From: Hypanus sabinus
Taxonomy: Eukaryota
Length of the DNA stretch: 64,000 nt
Reading direction: 5' to 3'
Assembly (NCBI RefSeq): GCF_030144855.1
Contig: NC_082714.1
Coordinates: forward strand, 94,488,001-94,552,000
The position numbers and the translations under genes were made by a program. Numbering within the stretch: the first letter of the stretch is position 1; each line of letters starts with the position of its first letter. The notes under the pieces were generated by a model. The model made no database searches. It was not told the DNA's origin and saw only the letters and a list, made by a program, of their open reading frames with translations. Positions 36,698 to 49,779 of this stretch are shown here, piece by piece.

Positions 36698-39600
36698 AGA
36701 TTACTTTGCTCAGCGTGTTGAAACGCCAGTAAACCCACAGGGGTCTGAACATTCAGATGAAGCTCTGTCAAAGGCAAAGCTGTCTGACTGAGTTAGGGAA
36801 GAATTCGATCATTTTATGTTAGGTGGGTTTGTATCAGAGAATGCAGGGACGACACCGGTACCAGTGAAGATTCTTCGAGATACTCGTGCTTTCAGGTACT
36901 TATATCACACAGTGTCTGAAGTTTAGTGATGAGACTGCCACTGCTGAGGTAAACCTTATCAAAAGCATTGAAGGCAATGTTGTTTCTGTACCTAAGCACA
37001 AGTTAATTCTGAAGTCAGGGTTGGTTTCCAGACCAGTTAAAATTGAACTACGACAGTTTACCAGTAGAAGGTCTTTCTTTGTTGTTAGTGAATGACCTAG
37101 CAGGTGACCAATTAATTCCTGCAGTGCAGCTGACAGATAGGATAATCACTGATGATGTAAAGATGGTCTCTGATCTTTATCCCTCCTGCGTAGTCATTCG
37201 AAGTATGACTGAGAAGTCTTCCAATGCAGGTTGTTCTGTGCAGTATGGTTCTGTTATCCATGACAGCCATAATCGAGATTCAGGTTTTGATGACGTGCCA
37301 GGGACTTTTCGGTATTCATTGTTTCACCAGGATCCAAATGCTAAATCTGACGATGAAGATTCTCACTAGGAAAGAGTTTATAGCAGAACAGAACCGGGAC
37401 CCTGAGATTGTAACTGTAAGAGAAAAAGCTCTCTCCGATTATGAGATTAAGAAAGTGCCAGTAGAATATTATTTCAAGCAGGAATGTTAATGAAGAAGTG
37501 GAGACCACCTGCTATACCTGTGAATGCGAAATGGACAATTGTTCACCAGGTTGTAGTTCCCAAACTTTATAGGAATGGAATTTTAACTTTGGCCCATAGT
37601 ATGCCCTTGGATGGTCATCTATGTGTGAATAAAACTGTAAACAAGGTTTTGAAGTAATTCGTCTGGACTAATTAGAGAAAAAATGCTGTAACCCTTTTCC
37701 AAAGGTTTTGTGGATTGTGTTAGCCCATTGCCAAAGACTAAAGCAGGTCATCAGTATTTGCTAACTATCATGTGTGCCGCATCAATATTTCCCGATGCAA
37801 TACCTCTCACAAATATCAAAGCCAAAACAGTATCAAAATCCTTTATAAAGCGTGTTACTCTATTTGATTTACTTGAAGAAGTCCAGTCTGATCAAATAAG
37901 TAAATTTACATCTGGAATTTTCCAGTAGGTAGATTATGAATTGGGAGCCAAGCAGATTATGTCGTTTACGTACAATCCAGATTCACCAGGGTCCTTAGTG
38001 AGATTCTATTCTCCCCTCAAAACCACGATGAACACATTCTGTGTTGAAAGTGAGAAGGATTGGGGTGAAGGAGTTAGTTTGATTTTTTTCATAGTAAAAG
38101 AATCAGTTCAGGATCCTCAGGTTTTAGACCGTTTAAACGTCTAATTGGTTATAGAGTTCAAGGACCTTTGACAGTAATAAATGAACAGTCGATTCATAAG
38201 GACGCATATTAATTTTAGACTATGTTTTGGAATTCAAGGGCAGCTTAGAAAAATTTAGCGACTTAGCAAGACGAAACATAGTTTTCTGAAGACGAAATGA
38301 AATGCTGGTATGATAAACAGGCTCGTTTGAGAAAATTCCACGTGGGAGATAAAGCCCTTTTGTCACTGCCAGTCCAGACGAACCACCTACAAGCCAAAAT
38401 CCATGGCCCTTATGAGCTTTTGGCTAGGATTAATGATGTGGACTTCTTTGTCGAAACATCAGACCGACGTAAGCTAACTCAGATGTGTCATATAAACCTT
38501 CTCAAACCAGAATTTCATAAATACTGCATAGCTGTGACCAGAGTGGAAACTAACAATGAGTCTGGCAACCCTGGGAACGAATTAACTGACGCATCTGAGG
38601 CTTATCATAAACCAAACATTGTTTCAGCTAGATTAACAATTTCGAGCATTTTGAATTCGATTGACGAGAAATTGGCCCACTTACAGCCGCAGCAGCGACT
38701 GGAGATGAAACAGTGAATTATGAAATTGAAAGATTTATTTTCCGATGTCCCGAAGCGAACGACAATAGCCTCTCATTTTGTTGAAGTAGCAGATGTTAAA
38801 CCGATTAAACAACACCATTATCGCATGAATATAGAAAATGTAAACTCGCTGAACAAGCAAGTGAGTGTTTGCTAGAAAATGATATTGTTAGGCCTTCAAC
38901 ATCAGATGGATCTCCCCTTGTGTTATTGTACTTCATCCAGATGGTAGTATCAGGTTTAGTACTGATTATAGGAAAGTAAATGCTGTAACAAAAACACGTC
39001 CTTATCCCATCCCCAGAGTGGATGATTGTATAGACAAGGTTGCAAAAGTTAAGGTTCATACAAAGATTGATCGGTTGAAAGAGTACTGGTGTGTTCCATT
39101 GGCGGCTAAAGGCAGATAAATTTCTGCATTTGTAATGCCTTCTGGGCTTCAGGAAAACAATGTTCTGCCATTTGGAATGACAAATGCTCCAGGAACATTC
39201 CAGAGAATGATTAATTCTGTAATTCATGGGTTAAAAACACAGATGCCTGTATTGATGATTTAGTCGCAGGGAGTAACACCTGGGAAGCACATATCCCTGC
39301 AGTGGAAGAGTTGTTTGAAAGGCTCTCGAAGGCCAACCTTACAGCTAATTTAGCTAAACGTGAATTTGGCCATGCCACTAGCCTATATTGATCACGTTGT
39401 AGGTCAGGGCTGGGTTAAGGAAAATTGTTAAAAAGACAAATCAAACTCCAATTCAAAAACAAAGTTTGATTTTCAGGAATATAATATTGTGATAACTCAC
39501 ATTAGAGGAAAAGATAATATAATTGCGGATTGTCTTTCTAGATGCTAAGCTTGCGATGTATTGTCAGACTGGTGTGGAATTTATTTTGATGTATGCACTT

Positions 39601-39783
39601 CTGTAATGTGCTATATTAGCCTGTAGTATGCTCTATGATAACTGTACATGCATTGTTTCACGTACTGTAGTTTCCAGTTAAAGTTTTGCTTATTTAAATA
39701 AAAATTTTCCTGCGGTCGCTCACTGAGTCTATTTCTTTAAGAGTGCCTGAGTGAGGCGGGACTATGACGTCAGTCACAGGCTG

Positions 39784-39912
39784 NNNNNNNNNNNNNNNNN
39801 NNNNNNNNNNNNNNNNNNNNNNNNNNNNNNNNNNNNNNNNNNNNNNNNNNNNNNNNNNNNNNNNNNNNNNNNNNNNNNNNNNNNNNNNNNNNNNNNNNNN
39901 NNNNNNNNNNNN
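39784..39912. other. Assembly gap (N-run)
   Basis: Seen directly; inside the Gypsy 3' LTR. Confidence 1.
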
Positions 39913-41989
39913 TTCGCAGGACCTGGAGCTACAAACTGCCGGGACAAGTTTGCTCCAGAATGAGTGAAGTCTAAGGCTTTCCCATTACCCAAAAAGTTGG
40001 ATTCATCAACGTTACTGGGTACAAAAAACGTGTGACTGTCACTTCGTATACACTATAGGAGTGGATTTTGGAATATCTTGAGGGACCACTTGTGTAACCC
40101 TTGCCTGGGTACGATGTGTGGTACCACTCGAAGACGGTATTCCTGTGAAAGGTCGCTATTGGTGATAATTCCTATGTGGATACGGATGGATTCCATGAAC
40201 AAGATCTTCGTTAACTATTACGTTGTTTACCTGACGTAGAAGCTGTGGAAAACTTCGTACCCACCTTCTCTCTACATTACAACGTGGATTACAAAAATCT
40301 CTTCCCAGCATTTATTCCATGGATTATTCAACCTTACTAATTTGCAATCCTAAGGCTTTAATAACTATTCCTAAGCATGATAGTTACACATACACAGGCA
40401 TAACACTGTTAACTTTCTTTTATTTCGCTAAGTTACTATATTATACGTAGATACTAATAAAGATAGTGGTTTCAAAATTAAAACCTGACTCAGTGTGAAA
40501 TATCATGCTGCTGGTTCGTTTCTAAAATATTACAGTTCGTAACAAACCCCGCCCCGCCCCACAGCCATATCATGCCATGTCATACGCTATGTCATGGTAT
40601 TAGCTAATTTATGCATAGCTCCATCCCACAGATAGCAACGTGACTCTTCTTTACTGCTCCAGTGATTACTGGAGGACATATATTTGGCCGCAATCTTTGC
40701 CTTAACTCTATGCGCTCAATATAATCACTGAAGAGTGTCGCTACGATGTAGGCTTGAAAAATTAATTCAAAACATCGCAAGTCCCATAGGGCAGCACTTC
40801 TGTCTCTCAGCAAGTCTCATAGTGCAGCACTCCTGTCTCTCAGCAACCACGATGTGACACTCTCTGAATACCTCCCTCTCATTAGATGATCTTCCCTCAA
40901 GACAGCGAAGACTTCAGCTCCCAGAGTCGATTAAACTAAAGACATTCAACTGAAGGCTCGTCAGTGGTCAGGGGTTTCTGGTAGACTCAGATAAGTGGAA
41001 TATGCTTAGGACCGTGAATTAATTGTGGAGATTGATTTCTCCTTTTTATAGCTTATGTTATTCACTTTTTTTTTCTCTGGAATGTGCAGTGTATGTTTGC
41101 AGTTTGTGCAAATATGTGTTTTTGACTGGGAAAACGACAGTCGAGAGGTGTAGAGACTAATTGGCTGACTTTTCTGCGCTTCTGACAGATTAACTTTGGA
41201 AACCTACTATACCGAGACACCAAATGGTAAGAACCATCATCTAAATTGTGACATGACATACAATACACGAGGATTGATCTAGCGATTTAACTATTGAAGA
41301 AAAAGAGAAAAACATGCACAATCACATGCGGACAGTTACGGGCAGAGGAACTATTGAATAATGAATGTTCTTTTGCAGTCAGAGAACAGAGAAACTGGAC
41401 CTTAGGCCTCGACTTTTTTTTTTTTTTGGCTACATAATGTCAATCCGCACTGGTTTCATTTGCCGGAACCTGACACTTAGTTTTCCCTTCTGTATAGAAT
41501 GTAGTCCTTGTCTTAGTCCACTTTACTTCACGCATTGATGTCAGTGGTGCTTTCAGTATATTCCCTCTGATAGCGCTGTGCCACCACAGCACTCTAGTTC
41601 AATGAGCCCTAGCGACTCCATGTTAGATCTCGATATTTCAAAGCCATTCTCAGTATAACTACAACCCACTAGAGACAGCTGGTTCATTAGATAATTGTTA
41701 TTTTGTCAAAATAAATTTTACACGTAAATTTAAAAAAATCAAGAACAAATTCAAGAAAATTAATTAATTCATAGTCAATGTAGTAAGTATTCTGTTACAT
41801 TCTTAAATCTAAAATGACAGAGGGCACATGTTGTACTCGATTACAATAATTAAGGGGCTTCCGCAGCCAATCTCCCCCTCTCTCTGTAACTCTTTCCCAT
41901 TTCTTCCTCAGCCCAGCACCCCTACTGGGGCATAGGCGCCGAAAGCACCTCGCCAGGGTCTTCCGTTCTGGGCCTCTTTCAAATTGTAC

Positions 41990-42440
41990 CTAGGAGTAGC
42001 CCATTTTCGAAGATCCTTTTTCACCCCGGGATGAGGTCTTTGGATTTTCTATTGGCGTTTCTGCTGCAAGCTCCTTCGTTGGAAGCTGCAGCTGGATACA
42101 CTTCTCGCAGTTGTAGTCGTCAGGGAAACTGGACGACTCCGTGCCTAGCCACAAACTGCAATAAGAGCATTTCACCATCCAGCCTGGCTTCTCTACTGTC
42201 TTCGCTGAACGTATATAAAGAAGAGAAGGAATGAATCTTGAGTGTTCCTTCCCTTTTGATTTTGCTGACGGAAAAATCTCTTCGCTGCAGAAGTGAAGAG
42301 CTAAAAACTCAAGATAACTACTCTGATTATGTTCGCTCAAACGGTGACCGCTGCGCTTGCCCCAGCCTTCTTTTAATCTGTTTTTGCTTATCAATCCCAG
42401 ACGCCGATTGGCCGCTGGTCAAAGCTCTATTACGCTGCAG
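41990..42440 (-). mobile_element. CR1 5' end remnant (ORF1 N-terminal zinc finger)
   Basis: VKCSYCSLW...PDDYNCEKCIQLQL is typical of the CR1 ORF1 start. Confidence 0.7.
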
Positions 42441-42964
42441 CGACCTCCCCTCCTTCCAAATGAAGTCCCCTCCTTCCAAATGTCCGATGTAAATATATAT
42501 ATATCACGTGTGTAATGCTACCCAGCCTGCTTCCGAGTCTGATTCTGGTAACACCTTGCAGTTATGTACAATTTTTTGAGCAACCTGGCCACACAAGCCA
42601 ATGATTTCAAATTCAACCGGGTGGCAAATTACTTTCAATTGAAATATATTCTTTGTCCTTTCGATAGCCTGGAGTTCCCAGTATTTCAGGCGTTTTTAAT
42701 TGGCTAGGTGCGACCCACATGTTCCTTCCTGAACGGGTGATTATACAGGCCTTTGGGAAGTATAGGAAGCATCGTGAACTAGGTATTCCGCTGGCCTTAG
42801 CCTAAACATGAACTGAACCTCCCGCCCAATGGCATAAAACCCCTGTGATGGCAAACTCACTTATAAACATATCTTTTAACTTGAAAAGGTAGAAATGGCT
42901 GGGAAAAGCCTCACTTCTGGCGGAAGAATCCAAAATCTGAGATAAGCACACCATTTCAGGTGCA

Positions 42965-43435
42965 TATTTACACCTGTTCGTTAGAGTGCTTATCAAATCA
43001 GCTAATCATCTGTCAGCACCTCAACACAGAAAAGCATGCAGACATGTTCAAGGGGTTCAGTAGTTGTTCAGGCCAAACATCAGAATGGGAAGAAAATGAT
43101 ATCAACGTGTACTTAAACGTAGAATGATTGTTGGTGTCAGATAGGGCAGGCTCAGCGTCTCAGAAAATATTGAGCACTTAGGGTTTTCAAGCAGTATGTC
43201 TCTGGAGCTTACAGAAAATGCTGCAAAATCAAGACATCCAATTAACGGCAGGTATGCGGAGGAAAGCGCCTTTTTTAATGAGAAAAGGCAGAGGAGAAGG
43301 CAGACTGGTGTAAGCTGACAGGAAGGTTAACTCAAACAACCACGTCTTACAAGAGTGGAGTGCAGAACAGCACCTTAAAGCACAATGCACCGATTCTTGA
43401 ACTGGATTGGTTTCAACAGCAGAAGACACACCGGC
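42965..43435 (+). mobile_element. Tc1/mariner MITE fragment, same family as 10831-14467
   Basis: CAAACATCAGAATGGGAAG...ATGATTGTTGGTG transposase start; colinear with the reverse complement of 14070-14440. Confidence 0.72.
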
Positions 43436-44199
43436 TTCAACTCCTCTGCCCAGTAAAGCAATTTACAAGCATGTAATTGCTTTGCTCATATAACTGAAGC
43501 CATGTTGTGAGCTTATTCAGTCACAGTAGTAACGAGGACCAAAGGTTAATCTGTAGTTCCATCCTTGATTGCTTCAAGGGTTATTTGAAATTTACAGCTT
43601 GCTGCGATTAAATTTAACTTTTCTCCTGACTGCTGATTCAATATTTGTTCTTTGTCATCTAAGAGTTGATATGGCATCGTGCCGCATATCCTTAATTGTT
43701 CAAAAGATTGGTCGTACATTCCCCGCTGAGGAAACAGGTCAGAAGACGATCCCACTGAAAATACAGAGGGAAATTCTCACTGTCTGAAGGGCAGGAACAT
43801 GGGAGCAACATGCAGCCAAAGAAGTATTGTTGAGTCAGGCTGGATCGGTTTAGACACGTATTGTGGGAATAATTGGTTTTGGGCTGAAACTATTTTTGCC
43901 GATGTGTGTCTGAACCTTCGCTAATGAAGGAGTGAACCAGCGACATATTCACGGTGGGTGGAAATCTGCTAACAGCCGGGAAACTGCTTGGCAGTGGTAT
44001 GACCTCCTGATGTTTAGAGATGTCTTATGCTTCTTGGAGGTAGGTTTGGGAATCCCTGTTCTAGCGCAGAATTGGCGAGCGCGGAGTCATCCCTTCACTT
44101 TCTTCTGCCGAGACTTCAGCAGTCCAGGCTGACGAATCGGGAACGTGATCCATAAATCGTCGAGAATTTACATGCAATTACCTGCCTAATCGCTCATGC

Positions 44200-45900
44200 A
44201 TACACACTTAGAAACCTTGAAGCATAGTAAACCTACAGCTCAATACAGGACATTCGACACAAAGTTGTGCCGAACATGTCTCTACTTTAAAATTACCAGG
44301 GTTACCCATAGCCCTCGATTTTTCTGAGCTCCATGTACCTATGCAAACGTCTCTTGAAAGACCATATCGTTTCTGCCCCCACCATCGTTGCCGGCAGTCC
44401 ATTCCACGCACTCACCATTCTCTGCGTGAAAAAATACTTACTCCTGATATCTCCTCTGTGCCTACTCCCAAGCACCTTAAATTAGCGCCCTCTTGTGGCA
44501 ACCATTTCAGCCCTGGGAAAACGGTTCCGACTATCTACAGGATCAATGCCTCTCATCATCTAATACACCTTTATCAGGTCACCTCTCATCCTCCGTCGCT
44601 CTAAGTAGAAAACGTCGAGTTCACACAACAGAAAAGGCCAAGTTTACTCAATTAGGGAACTTTTTTTCCCTTCTGCGTTCCTCAGTCTGGACTCTTTCCT
44701 GTGGCACTGTTTCAACAGTCTCAGTGAACCATTCTACTGAGCGGCAAATAGGAGCAAGATATTTTCAAAGACACCTGTAAGCCTGCAAAATTATCTTTAC
44801 AACTAAATTGTATGACCATACATTTTCCATCCGCCACTCTCTTCTTCATTATTTTAATCTGTCCAGGTCCTTCCTAGCCTACGTGTTTCCACAATACAAC
44901 CTGCCCCTCCACCAATCTTCGAATTTTCTGCAAACTTGGCAACAACCCCATCAGTTCCATCACCTAAATATACAGATTTTTTTAATGGTCCCAACACTGA
45001 ATTCTGCGGAACACCACTAGTCACTGGCAGCCATCTAGACAAGGTTCCATTTATTCCCACTGGCTGTCTCTTACCAATCAGCCAATGCTCCAACCATGTT
45101 AGTAAATTCCCTGTAATACCATGGGTTCTTAAATTGGTAAGCAGCCTCATATGTGGCATCTAGTCAAAGGCCTTTTGAAAGTTTAATTATAGAATATCCA
45201 CTGCATCCCCTTTAGTTTTCCCACTTGTAATCTCCTCAAATAATTCAAATAGGTTCGTCAGGTAAGATTTTCGCTAAATGAAACCATGCTGAATTTGTCT
45301 TATCTTGTCTTGTGTCACCATCTAATCCATAACTTCTTCCTTAAAAATTATCTCCGTCATACTTCCAAACACTGAGCTCAGGCAAACTGGTCTGTAATTG
45401 TCATTGTACTGCCTTCCTTCTTTCTTAGAGAGGGGTGACATTTGCAATTGTCTGGTCCTCTGGCACCATGCCAAAGTCCAATAATTTTTCAAAGATTATT
45501 GCTAACTCTACCTCTTTCAGAATACTAGACTGCAGTTCATCTGGTCTGGGCAACCTACGTGCCCTTAGGTTTTTCAGCTATATGAACACCTTCTCCCTTG
45601 TAATAGTAACTGTACTCACTTTGTTTCCTTCACAAAGTAAAACAGCTGGCACATTGCTGGTGTCTTCTACAATGAAGACTCACGTAAAAAGCTTATGCGG
45701 TTCATTTAACATCTCCTTGCCCCCGTTAATATTTCTCCGGCCTCATTTTCTAGCGATTCTCAATCTATTGACATCATTCCAATAGTTTTTACACACTTGA
45801 AAAAGATTTTACTATCCACTGGTATTGTCTGCTAATTTGATTCTATTGTTCCTCTTTCTGGTTCAATTGCTTCTTTTAGGCACTAGTAAGAATATATCTC
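44200..45900 (-). mobile_element. CR1 LINE fragments (3' tail 44200-44620; RT 44720-45900)
   Basis: HGITGNLLTWLEHWL...VTSGVPQNSVLGP (44854-45159). Confidence 0.82.
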
Positions 45901-46524
45901 TGAGGTGTTTATGGTGAAACAGAAGTTCAATGACAATAATGTTACTTTGAACTTTAAAATCGCGGGAGAATAAGAAAAGATGGGCTTCTCATATACCTGG
46001 GATTTGAAATCATGCAGTGTGGGAGGTGTCGAGCCAAGCAATGCAGGAAAGAAAAACTTTGCCGTTGTTCGAAATACGCTCTCATTTAACAACAGCACCT
46101 CAACGCAAAGACAATTCCATGAAAATATATGTGTAAAACAAACTTCAACAAATTGTTGTAGAGAACAGTGTTGTCAGTATTGGTATCACTGTCTGAAATT
46201 ATATAGATTATCGGACAGGACCTGAAGAATAGACTGTGGCAGAACTGATAAAGTTATTTAAAATGACTTTCATGGAGAAAGAGAGAGAGAAAGATAAAGA
46301 GAAATGCAAGAGAGTCCATGAAAGAGAGAGGGAGGAGGGAGTGGGAGGATATATGTAAATAAACAGAGAGAGCGAGAGAGAGAGTGAGACAGAGGATGGA
46401 TGATACCTGGAAGCCCACAGATGTATATCCATATTATCCTTTGGGCTTAGCAATCAGATACTTACAGATACTGATAAAAAGTAGAGGGGTGTCGATGCAC
46501 GATGGAGGTGTGCAATGTAACACT

Positions 46525-47420
46525 AGTTTTCAATAGGTATATTTAATATCAGGGTAATATATGCAATATACATCCTGGAATTCTTTTTCTTCGCAAGCAT
46601 CTGTGAAAAGAGAGCAGTGCCCCAAAGAATGGGCAGTAAAATGTTAGAACCCCCAAATCCCCCCACCCCAGCACGACCCAGCCATGCATAAGTATCTGCA
46701 AATCAATGACTTCCCCCTCACACCTGCTTCAAAGCATCGGCAACCCCCACCGAGCACGCAAGCGTGCAGCAAAGCATCAATAAATACACAGACCTGCAGT
46801 ACCCCAAAGACTACTCGTTCACCCGGTAATTCGACATACCATAGGATACCTCCCTGGCTAATAAGAGAAACAGAGGGGATCACCATTTCACCATCTAATC
46901 CATAACTTCGTCCTTAAAAATTAACTCCATCATATTTCCAACCACTAAGCTCCATTTCACAGCGAGAGGGGATGCATAACAAAATAACTCGCTGATTTAT
47001 GATGTTAAGAGTCCTTTGCGTCGCTTTTACCGAGCTCTGTGCCAACCATCTCCGGCCTCTGGGCACACAGCCTGAGATCTTCTGACTCCCACGACACACC
47101 GATCTTCTGCACGGACACCGACCGGCGATGCTCCCGTCTCTAGAGCCAAAAAATATCAGATCTCCAAAGCCGAGAGAGGCTCCTTTGCCGCGCCCTTGGC
47201 GTGCCGAAAAACGGCCAGACGTGAAACAGCAAGAGTGGGTGCCATTCCCGCAAAGAACCGTAGTCAGAGCATTAGTCCAGCTCAGGTTCTTGAAAAACGC
47301 CCAGAAAGGGAAAATAGAGAGCCTAAAGATAGAATAGTGCTGTTTCCGAAGATGCCTAATGGAGTTGTCGTTAGGAACCGTCGTCCTCCTAAGTTACGGC
47401 GAGAGAAGTGAACATATTAG
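46525..47420 (-). mobile_element. Non-coding retroposon-like insertion; 3' part also seen at ~21780-21920 and ~26290-26420
   Basis: Shared CAGAGCAGTGCCCC(C)AAAGAATG...ATGTTAGAACCCC tail. CpG-rich 5' part, no ORF. Family not determined. Confidence 0.5.
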
Positions 47421-47479
47421 ATATTTTTCTTGTGATCACAAGACCAGAAAGACGTTGGTGGTATACTAATAAGACAATA

Positions 47480-49150
47480 AGCTAGAGGAGGAGAGTAAGT
47501 CTATTTAGTCTATCGATTCTGCTCCGCCATTCCATCATGGCTAGCGTCCGCTTGCGTCCTTAGCAATGAATTGCATAGATTCTCAAACCGCTGGATAAAG
47601 ATATTGCTCCTTAACTTTGTTATCAAAGGACCCTTTATTTAGAGACCGTGGCCTTTGGTCCAGACTGAGTAACGGAAGGAGGCATCCTCTGCATATGCAC
47701 TCTATTGAGGTCTTTCAATATTCGATAGGTTTCATTGAGATGTCCCCTCTACATTCTTCTAAACTTCAGCGACAACGGCCCAAGAATCCGCAAAGTCTCC
47801 TATTACCTTAATTCTTTCATTCCCGGGATCATGTTCGTGAAACTTTTCTGACCGACTTCAGTGCCAGCACACCTTTGCTTAGATCTGGGGCCCAAAACTG
47901 CTCACAATGCTCTAAGTGCGGCATTACCAATACTTTATAAACCCTCAGCATTACAGCCTTGTTTCTATATATTAGTCTTCTCGAAATGCATGCCAAGGTA
48001 GCATTTACCTTCCTTACCACCGACTCAACGTACAAATTACTGCAAACGATTCCCAATTTTCATTGCAACTTAGATTGTTAAATATTCTTCCCTTTCAGAA
48101 AATATTCTATGCCTTTATTCTTTCTACCAAAGTATGTGCTCATATACAACTCACTTTATATTCCAGCTGCAAATTATTTGCCCATTCTCCAGTTCTGTCC
48201 AAGTCCTACAGACTCTGCGTTTCCTGCATTAACTTACCTGCTCCTCCACTTGTCTTCCTATCGCCAAAAAGCCATCAATTCTGTCAACCAAATAGTTGAC
48301 ATCAAGTTTCAAAAGAATGAATTCCAACACCGACAGTGTGGAACACCGCTGGTCTGCGATAACTAATCTTCAATCCATGATAGTATCTTTCCGGGAATGT
48401 CATTGGCTCTTATCTTGTTAATCAGCTTCATGTATACCACCTTGTGAAAATCTAAGAAAACAGCATCCACAAACTCTACATTGACTATCCTGCCTCCAGT
48501 TATTTTCTCAGTAAAATCCAACAGGTTTCTCAGGCAAGACGTGCCCTTCAGGAGACCTTGCTGATTTTGGCCTACGTTATAATGATGCTCCATGTACACC
48601 GAAACTTTATCCTTAATCATGGACTTCAGCAACGTCCGAACTAAAATTGTCGGGCTAAGTGGGCTATAAATTCCTTCACCCTCGCTTTCTTTGAAAAAAA
48701 ATGGGTGACATTTACAGTTCTGCAGTCCTCCGGAAACATTCCAGTATTCAGTGATTCATGAAAGAGCATTACTAATGTTTCATAAAATTCCCTGCCTCTG
48801 TTAGAACCCAAGAACGTACCTATATACCTTTCAGCTTTCCAAGAACCTTCTCCGTAGTGTATGAATACACTCTCTTCTGATACTCTCGAATTTATGGCAT
48901 ATTGCCGATAACTTCCATAGTGATTGCAGATGTAAAATACATTAATTTCGTTTGACATTTTTATTCCCTCATTACTGCCTATCTACCATTATTTGCCAGT
49001 GTTCTGATATCCACAGTTACCTTCGATTTACTCTTTTATGTCATTGGCTAGCTTACTTTCATATATTTAATATACCATATGTAGGAATAAGGAACCAGAG
49101 ATAATAAGTATTCTGAGCCCACAATTCAATTGAACAGCGAATCTGCCGAA
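47480..49150 (-). mobile_element. CR1 LINE fragments
   Basis: VDAVFLDFHKV, LVMPHLEHCEQFWAP and a CR1 tail near 47480-47560. Confidence 0.8.
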
Positions 49151-49779
49151 GTGAATAAGTTACCATCTATTTTCTCTCAGCTGCTTTTTTTCCCCCCTGC
49201 GCGTTGAGTGGAGAGGTTTCAAGTTGGCGTTGACAAGTGTACTATAATTGTACCGTTTCATGCGTGACACAATTTTGAGATTTCCGGTTGCGGTTGCGGT
49301 ATTGGGAACAAGCAGCAACGGATGTTAACGGCAAACAAAGAAAAATGTGAAGAGGCAGTTAAACATTAACGGAAACAACGAAATCTTTGTAAAAGTAACA
49401 ACGAGCTTTATATGTTTTCCCTGCAGGACATTTGGAACACAAATTTTCACGCTGTCTAGCAACTTGGAACAGAGCGAGGACATTGCTCCTGAGAGTTCTG
49501 CAACAATCAATTAGATCATGGCTGATTCTTGAGACGGAAATGATAGGGAAAATGGTGTAGGGCAGAAATAAGTTACAAATACAGAGAGAGCCGAGCCGGA
49601 GACGATGTACGTGAAAGGAAGATAGTTAGAGACTTCAGAGCCAGTGTCTGGAGTGTGGCTAGTGAGATTTGCACAGGGGGAGTGTAGGAACCAGCCGAAG
49701 CAATGAGCAGCTCAAAGGAAAGATTCAGAACAACGATTAAATCAGAAAACGGAGAGATTCTGTTGTCGGCTAAGAGGGA

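Larger units (their letters stand above)
34516..40544 (+). mobile_element. Gmr1-clade Ty3/Gypsy LTR retrotransposon (gag-SCAN-CCHC, PR-INT-RT-partial RH), degenerate
   Basis: LTRs at 34516-35289 and ~39710-40544. Degenerate tRNA-Pro PBS TGGGAGCTCGTCTGCGAT at 35294. SCAN-like gag (AYRQRFR...FERC), protease ILRDT, integrase DCVSPLPKTKAGHQYLLTIMC (37710) upstream of RT (~38800-39400). Near-TSD AACCCT/AACCCC. Confidence 0.88.
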
